DNA of 64,000 nt from Candidatus Altimarinota bacterium (GTDB lineage: Bacteria; Patescibacteriota; Gracilibacteria; CAIRYL01; GCA-016699755), in contig OY760935.1 in the NCBI GenBank assembly GCA_963664295.1, forward strand, positions 64,001 through 128,000. Direction: 5' to 3'. A model generated the notes under the pieces. The model saw nothing but the letters and a program-made list of their open reading frames with translations, made no database searches and was not told the DNA's origin. Position numbers and translations under genes: made by a program. The first letter of the stretch is position 1. Every line of letters begins with the position of its first letter. Positions 58,274 through 64,000 of the stretch are shown here, piece after piece.

Positions 58274-59586
58274 TGTCATTTAAAAAATGTTGTAAAAATG
58301 GCGTTACCTTGATGATAACGGCCTCAACAATTGAATTACTTGGTTGGGGCTTTTCTGATTGTTTTTTTTCTATTTTTGCTAATAATCTTCTTAATAATTT
58401 TTTTTATGTAGGAGTTCTTTATTCAGCTATTGCTACTGTTAATTTAATTTTTACTGTAGTTACTAGCAAAATGCTTTCAGAAATTTCTGCGCGCATGATG
58501 GCAGTTTTAGCCAGACTTCTTTACACAGTATGTGTGTTAATGTATTTTTTTGCCGGATTTTTTTATTCCATTATCCCTTTGTTTTTTGCTGTTTTGTTTA
58601 ATGGTATTGGTAGAGCAATGCGCAATACATCAGAGCAAGATTTTCTTATAGAACATTCTAATAATAAAAATGCTTCAACAATAATGGGCACTAATTTTGC
58701 TCTCAAAAACACAGCTTGGTATGCCTCCATGGCAATTAGTGGTTTTATTTTAATTTGGTTGGCAAATTTACTTGGAAAAACACCAGAAAATACAATTCAT
58801 TACCTTTTTCTTTTAGTTTTACCCTGTTTTGCAATAGAGGTCTTTTTACTTAAAAAAATTCACATTAAAAAAAGAATTTTTAATTTGTTTAATTTTAAAA
58901 AAGCAATTTTTGATAGCCATATTTTTACTAATTTTTTCAAAGGCACAAAAAATCTTCACCCTGTTTTAATTTTTGGGATTAGTTTAATTTTTATGCTGAG
59001 AGTATTACGAGATATGATTTTGCTTTTTGTTCCTTTATTGGCGATTAAGCTTAATTTAGAATTTTGGCAAATAGGCATACTTATTGGCTTGTTGCATGTT
59101 CCTTTTTTGTTTTCTTTTTTGTTTTCTTTTGTTGCCGATAAGGTAGATAGATTAAATTTAATTATTTTTGGACTATTATTTTCTCTTTTTCCGCTTGTGT
59201 TTTTGTCAAAAACATCTGCTCCTTTAATGATTGGTGCATTGTCTTCATTAATTTCTTTTTCGGTCGCCATTATACAACCTGCTGACTTAGGTATTATTGC
59301 GTCTTTGGCAGAAAAAAAAGATAGAGCTCATATTGCAGGATTGGAATTGTTTTTGGGACAAGCAGGGATTATTTTTGGTTCTATCGTTCTTGGCTTTGTT
59401 GCCGAGCAGTTTAGCTTGCAAACAGTGTTTTTAATTATGGCAGTAATTTCTTTTATTTTTGCCTTAATAGCAATTAAAATTAAAATACAAATTAATTGTC
59501 AAAACATCGGAAATAAACATAATAAAGTTAGCACAGAAATAACTCATCACCACATTGTTCATCATGCTTACCATGCAAATAAATAA
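58273..59586 (+). CDS. MFS transporter
   Basis: About 12 hydrophobic segments, ADKVDR motif-A-like, GFVAEQFS; His-rich tail. Confidence 0.8.
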   Translation: MSFKKCCKNGVTLMITASTIELLGWGFSDCFFSIFANNLLNNFFYVGVLYSAIATVNLIFTVVTSKMLSEISARMMAVLARLLYTVCVLMYFFAGFFYSIIPLFFAVLFNGIGRAMRNTSEQDFLIEHSNNKNASTIMGTNFALKNTAWYASMAISGFILIWLANLLGKTPENTIHYLFLLVLPCFAIEVFLLKKIHIKKRIFNLFNFKKAIFDSHIFTNFFKGTKNLHPVLIFGISLIFMLRVLRDMILLFVPLLAIKLNLEFWQIGILIGLLHVPFLFSFLFSFVADKVDRLNLIIFGLLFSLFPLVFLSKTSAPLMIGALSSLISFSVAIIQPADLGIIASLAEKKDRAHIAGLELFLGQAGIIFGSIVLGFVAEQFSLQTVFLIMAVISFIFALIAIKIKIQINCQNIGNKHNKVSTEITHHHIVHHAYHANK

Positions 59587-60610
59587 AATAATCACCATTG
59601 GCTCACTTACTTTTGATATTTTTGTCCGCCCATTAAGACAAGAAATAGTTCGCAGAGTCTCAGAAACAGACATAAAAGAGTCTATTTGTTTTCCTTTTGG
59701 GGAAAAAATAAGAGTAAAAAATGTTCATGAGTGTTTTGGAGGCGGAGCAGCCAACACAGGTATAGGATTTAGCAGATTAGGCATACAAACAAGCTGTATC
59801 GGTGCAATAGGTAATGACGAATGGGGACAATTAATAATCAACAACCTAAAAAAAGAAAAAATAAACACAGATCATATCCAAAAAGCCAAAGAGCAAACAG
59901 GTTTTTCCGTTATTTTGAATTCTTTTGAGGGTGATCGTACAGTTTTGGCTTATTCAGGCGCAAATCACGCTTTTGAAAAAATAGAACAAAAAATATTAGA
60001 AAATGCAGAAGGAATTCACCTTTGCCACCTTTCTGGCAAAGGAAAAAAGGTTTTTGAGGCAATAAAAAAACATTTTGAAAAAAATCCACAAAAATTTCTT
60101 TCCTGGAACCCAGGCAAAGAACAGCTGGAAAAAGGTCTAGATTATTTCAAAAGTTTTTTACCAGTTGTAGATATTCTTTTTCTCAATCGCGAGGAAGCAG
60201 AGGAATTATCAGGCTTAAAATCAAAAAGAGGATCAAAATTTGGTAAAAATATCTATGATTTATCAAAAATATTTAAGAAATTTTATCAAAAAGGATTTAA
60301 AAATATTCTAGTAATAACCGACGGACAAAGAGGAGCACAATGCTCTGATAGTAAAAGTATATATTTTTGTCCAATTGAAAACAGTAAGCCACGTGTTGAC
60401 ACTCTTGGTGCTGGTGATGCCTTTTGTAGTGGTTTTTCCTCTGCGTATATCAAAGCCAATGATTTGCCAATTTGTTTAAAATATGGCACTATTAACTCAG
60501 CAAGCGTGGTTTCTGAATTTGGAGCCCAAAAAGGCTTGCTTAAAAAACAAAAATTGGGTACAATAAGTGCCTTTAAGAAATTAAAAACCGAAAAAATAAT
60601 TTTAAAATAA
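59573..60610 (+). CDS. PfkB family carbohydrate kinase
   Basis: GGGAANTGIG..RLG, ITDGQRGA, VDTLGAGDAFCSG. Confidence 0.93.
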   Translation: MQINKIITIGSLTFDIFVRPLRQEIVRRVSETDIKESICFPFGEKIRVKNVHECFGGGAANTGIGFSRLGIQTSCIGAIGNDEWGQLIINNLKKEKINTDHIQKAKEQTGFSVILNSFEGDRTVLAYSGANHAFEKIEQKILENAEGIHLCHLSGKGKKVFEAIKKHFEKNPQKFLSWNPGKEQLEKGLDYFKSFLPVVDILFLNREEAEELSGLKSKRGSKFGKNIYDLSKIFKKFYQKGFKNILVITDGQRGAQCSDSKSIYFCPIENSKPRVDTLGAGDAFCSGFSSAYIKANDLPICLKYGTINSASVVSEFGAQKGLLKKQKLGTISAFKKLKTEKIILK

Positions 60611-60631
60611 ACTAATTTAACCACAAACAAA

Positions 60632-61207
60632 ATGTCAGATATGTCAAAAATTGCACTAATTAGAGAAATGTTAGATAGTGCAGAAAAATCAATCAGGAGC
60701 GCAAGAAGAATGCTTGCGGATTCTTTTGGAGAAACTGCAACAGACGAAATATTAATGGCTCATAAAACTCAAGGTTTAGCACCTCCGCACACAGAAGAGG
60801 AGGGGAGAATTATTGAGGGTATTTTTGATGGCGAAAAAATGCTTGATCAAGATGCAAATCATTATCCTGTTCCTGCAAATTATGCTTCAAAATCAAAATT
60901 AGTTGTTGGTGACAAATTAAAATTAACAATTACCGACAATGGTAAATTTATTTTTAAACAAATTGGGCCTGCTGAGAGAAAGTCTTTTGTTGGTCCTTTA
61001 ACTTATGAAGATGGTCAATATAAGGTTCTCGCTGATGGTAAAGCATATAAGGTTCTTTTAGCTTCTGTCACTTTTTTTAGAGCAGAAGTTGGAGACGAGG
61101 TCACTATTTTAGTGCCTGCTGAAGGAGAAGTGGAATGGGCTGCCATTGAAGCTGTTTTGCCTAAAGTTGAAGACAAAAACGGCATTAAAGCTGATTTTGA
61201 TCTCTAA
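60632..61207 (+). CDS. Conserved hypothetical protein (CPR-type)
   Basis: IIEGIFDG..M...YPVPANYASKSKLV.GD.LKLTI motif, recalled from CPR genomes; function unknown. Confidence 0.7.
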   Translation: MSDMSKIALIREMLDSAEKSIRSARRMLADSFGETATDEILMAHKTQGLAPPHTEEEGRIIEGIFDGEKMLDQDANHYPVPANYASKSKLVVGDKLKLTITDNGKFIFKQIGPAERKSFVGPLTYEDGQYKVLADGKAYKVLLASVTFFRAEVGDEVTILVPAEGEVEWAAIEAVLPKVEDKNGIKADFDL

Positions 61208-61272
61208 AATAAAAATAGATTGACTTTTGAGTGAAAAAAAAGCACCCTTAGTCACTCGTATTAAAAACAAAA

Positions 61273-64000
61273 ATGAATCGTTTATTTGAATTTTTCGTTA
61301 ATCGCTGGAGGGTAACTTACTTACTCATAATATCCTCAATTATATTCGGCGCTGTTTCTCTTGCGGATTTACCACAAGAATCTGAACCAGAAGTAGAAAT
61401 TCCTATGGCTGTTGTCACAGTTTCTTATCCTGGTGCTGCGCCTTCGGATATGGAAAATTTAGTCACTCGCAAAGTAGAAGATAAAATAGACACATTAGAT
61501 AATATTGAAGAGATTACCTCTAATACAAGACTGGGTCTTACTAACATTACAGTAGAGTTTGAGGCAGACGCTGACATAGACGAAAGTATTCGTGACCTAA
61601 AAGATAAAATGGACGAAGTAAAAGCTGATTTACCTGATAATGCAGAAGATCCTGTAGTGATGGAGATAAGAATGTCAGACTCTGCGATTATTACTTTTTC
61701 ATTAGCAGGAAAAGGTATCTCAGAAGAAAGACTATCAGACTTTGCTGAAGACATTGAAACTAATCTTGAGCGTATTAGTGGTGTCTCAAAGGTGGAATTA
61801 TTAGGTCAGAGAGATAAAGAAATACAAGTTTTATTAGATCGCCAGAAGATAGAGTCTTTGGGATTATCAGCTGGTCAAATAGTACAAAAAATTCAAACTG
61901 CCCATCTTGATTTTCCAATAGGTGAGGCAATAATAGATGGTATCAACATATCATTAAGACTTGATGGAGAGTTTGAAGGGGCAGAAGATTTAAAAAAATT
62001 ACCTTTAATAACAACAGAACAAGGCACAGTTTTTTTGGAAGATGTGGCATCAATAAAAGAAACAAGAGAAAAAGAAACATCAATATCCATGCTTGCTCTT
62101 AATAATCAAGAAGCTGAAAAAACAATTTCTTTACAGGTTTTTAAGAAAACCGGAGGAAATATTATTGATATTACAGATAACGCAAAAGCAGAAATAGAAA
62201 GAATGAAAAAAGAAGAAGAGTTGCCAAGCTCTTTAGAGGTTGAGGTTTCCAATGATAACTCAAAATTTATTAGAGATGATTTAGATAGACTTGTTAATAA
62301 CGCTTTTCAGACCATTATTATAGTCACTCTTTTTATTTGGCTAGCAATGGGCTGGCGCGAAGCTATTATTGCAGGTTTAACCATACCGTTAACTTTTTTA
62401 TTAACCTTTTTTGTTTTAAGTCTTCTTGATCAAACTCTAAATTCAATGACCTTATTTGCCCTAGTTCTTTCTTTGGGTCTTATTGTTGATAACACAATTG
62501 TAATTACAGAAGGTATTTTTGATAATTTGCGTATCAAAAAATTGCCAGCAAAAGAGGCAGCATTAAATTCTGCTAGAACTTTTTGGTCGCCAATCACAAG
62601 TGGCACATTAACAACAGTGTCCGCTTTTGTGCCAATGCTTTTAGTGTCAGGTATTTTAGGCGAATATCTTAGTATTATTCCAATTACAGTTGGCTCAACC
62701 CTTATGTGGTCTTTGGTTGTTGCTTTGTTTTTTGTTCCTACTGTGGCAACAAGTATATTCAAAAACCTTAAAACACATTCTTTTAAAGAAGCATTTTTTA
62801 TTCATAAATTAAAAGAAATTTTAAGAAAAATATTAAACACACTACTTAAACATAAATGGAAAAGAAGATCGCTGTATTTAACCATGGCTAGCTTATTGGC
62901 AGGAGTTTTTGCCCTTGTTGGGGCTGGGCTTGTCTTGCCAGATATGTTTCCTTCTTATGATGCTGATTATTTTAATATTAATATTGAAATGCCCCCGGGT
63001 ACAAAATTAGAAAGAACCTATGAAGAAGCTTTGCAAGTTGAAGAAATTGTTAAAGATACTCCTTATTTAGATAATTATTTTTTTGCCATTGGCGCAGGAG
63101 CAATAGCTTCTACAGACATGATGAGCGCAGGTGGTTCATCAAGCGCAAATGAAGCCTCTTTTACGGTGAATTTAATACCAGCAAAAGAAAGAGACACAGC
63201 ATCATACGAAATAGCAAATCAAATTCGCGAACAAATTCAAGAAATCAAAACACCAGGCAAGATTACCCTTGAAGAGCTTCAGGCAGGTCCTCCGTCTGGA
63301 AAAGATGTGGAAGTGAGAATTTTTGGTGATAACTTAGAAGAAATGGAGGTTTTTGCAAAAAAAGTCAAAAAAGAACTAGAAAACACAGAAGGAGCCATTG
63401 AGGTTGAAGATGATATTTCTCTTTCTTCTGGCGAATTTGTATTTAGTTTTAATAGAGAAAGAATGGATTATTTTGGACTAAGTGCCTCAGATGTTGCAAA
63501 TGAAATACGCACCGCAGTATTTGGCACAGAAGCCGCAGACATAGCCCGTGGTGACGATGATATTAAAATCAATGTTTCTGTTGATTGGCAAAATAAAGAT
63601 GAAATTCCTACAACAATAGAAGAAATTGAAAATCTTAAGCTAATAACACCAAAAGGTGAAAAAATTAGCATTGGTGATATTGCAGATATTAGCATTGAAC
63701 AAGGATTTTCTGTAATACGTCGCCAAGATAAAAAGAAAATTGTGCGTATTCAGTCCGATATTAAAGTTGGTGAAAATGCAACAGTAGTCTTAGGTAGACT
63801 TGAAAAAAGAGTTAAGGAAAATTTAATAGTGCCAAATGATATGGAAATTGAATACGGTGGTTCAACAGAAGATATAGACGAATCTTTTGGTGATCTTTTT
63901 AATTCCATGATTGTTGCTGTGATTTTAATAGCTTTTATACTTATCTTACAATTTCAATCTTTTAGTCAGCCATTTATTATTTTATTTGCTCTACCTTTAT
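61273..64000 (+). CDS. RND (AcrB/AcrD/AcrF family) efflux permease; 3' end runs off the window
   Basis: Manual translation MNRLFEFFVNRWR...LPQESEPEVEIP...SYPGAAPSDME, LGLIVDNTIVITE, TLTTVSAFVPM, LILQFQSFSQPFII. Confidence 0.93.
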   Translation, partial: MNRLFEFFVNRWRVTYLLIISSIIFGAVSLADLPQESEPEVEIPMAVVTVSYPGAAPSDMENLVTRKVEDKIDTLDNIEEITSNTRLGLTNITVEFEADADIDESIRDLKDKMDEVKADLPDNAEDPVVMEIRMSDSAIITFSLAGKGISEERLSDFAEDIETNLERISGVSKVELLGQRDKEIQVLLDRQKIESLGLSAGQIVQKIQTAHLDFPIGEAIIDGINISLRLDGEFEGAEDLKKLPLITTEQGTVFLEDVASIKETREKETSISMLALNNQEAEKTISLQVFKKTGGNIIDITDNAKAEIERMKKEEELPSSLEVEVSNDNSKFIRDDLDRLVNNAFQTIIIVTLFIWLAMGWREAIIAGLTIPLTFLLTFFVLSLLDQTLNSMTLFALVLSLGLIVDNTIVITEGIFDNLRIKKLPAKEAALNSARTFWSPITSGTLTTVSAFVPMLLVSGILGEYLSIIPITVGSTLMWSLVVALFFVPTVATSIFKNLKTHSFKEAFFIHKLKEILRKILNTLLKHKWKRRSLYLTMASLLAGVFALVGAGLVLPDMFPSYDADYFNINIEMPPGTKLERTYEEALQVEEIVKDTPYLDNYFFAIGAGAIASTDMMSAGGSSSANEASFTVNLIPAKERDTASYEIANQIREQIQEIKTPGKITLEELQAGPPSGKDVEVRIFGDNLEEMEVFAKKVKKELENTEGAIEVEDDISLSSGEFVFSFNRERMDYFGLSASDVANEIRTAVFGTEAADIARGDDDIKINVSVDWQNKDEIPTTIEEIENLKLITPKGEKISIGDIADISIEQGFSVIRRQDKKKIVRIQSDIKVGENATVVLGRLEKRVKENLIVPNDMEIEYGGSTEDIDESFGDLFNSMIVAVILIAFILILQFQSFSQPFIILFALPL

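Noticed and set aside
61425-63695. Minus-strand ORFs in the track
   Set aside because: Antisense to the RND permease, which is open to the window end.

Overview
AT-rich (roughly 30% GC by eye) bacterial chromosome segment in genetic code 11, with few Shine-Dalgarno sites. Gene content points to a Patescibacteria (CPR) genome, probably Peregrinibacteria-like; this is inferred from the Cys-rich paralogue family, a VirD4-like ATPase, SLH proteins and a giant surface protein. Housekeeping genes: ileS (type 2, with an inserted histidine-phosphatase domain), ddl, murB, glyA, argG, argH, tatD, rpmA, and tRNA-Asp, tRNA-Leu and tRNA-Ala. There are also several proteases, transporters and a 4734-aa NHL-repeat surface protein. 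The most notable signals are mostly non-coding. (1) A complete ribosome-coupled attenuator with an Arg-Arg-Arg leader peptide lies upstream of argG-argH. (2) Two divergently transcribed paralogous hairpins upstream of a PrsW-family gene carry complementary UUGGCG/CGCCAA kissing loops, with a matching switch at the start codon. (3) All three tRNA genes have duplicated tRNA fragments nearby. (4) A 65-bp near-perfect inverted repeat inside two otherwise diverged Cys-rich paralogues flanks a VirD4-like gene. (5) glyA heads an operon with a GNAT, a methyltransferase-U32 fusion and a HAD hydrolase. All functional interpretations come from reading the sequence; no searches or folding programs were run.
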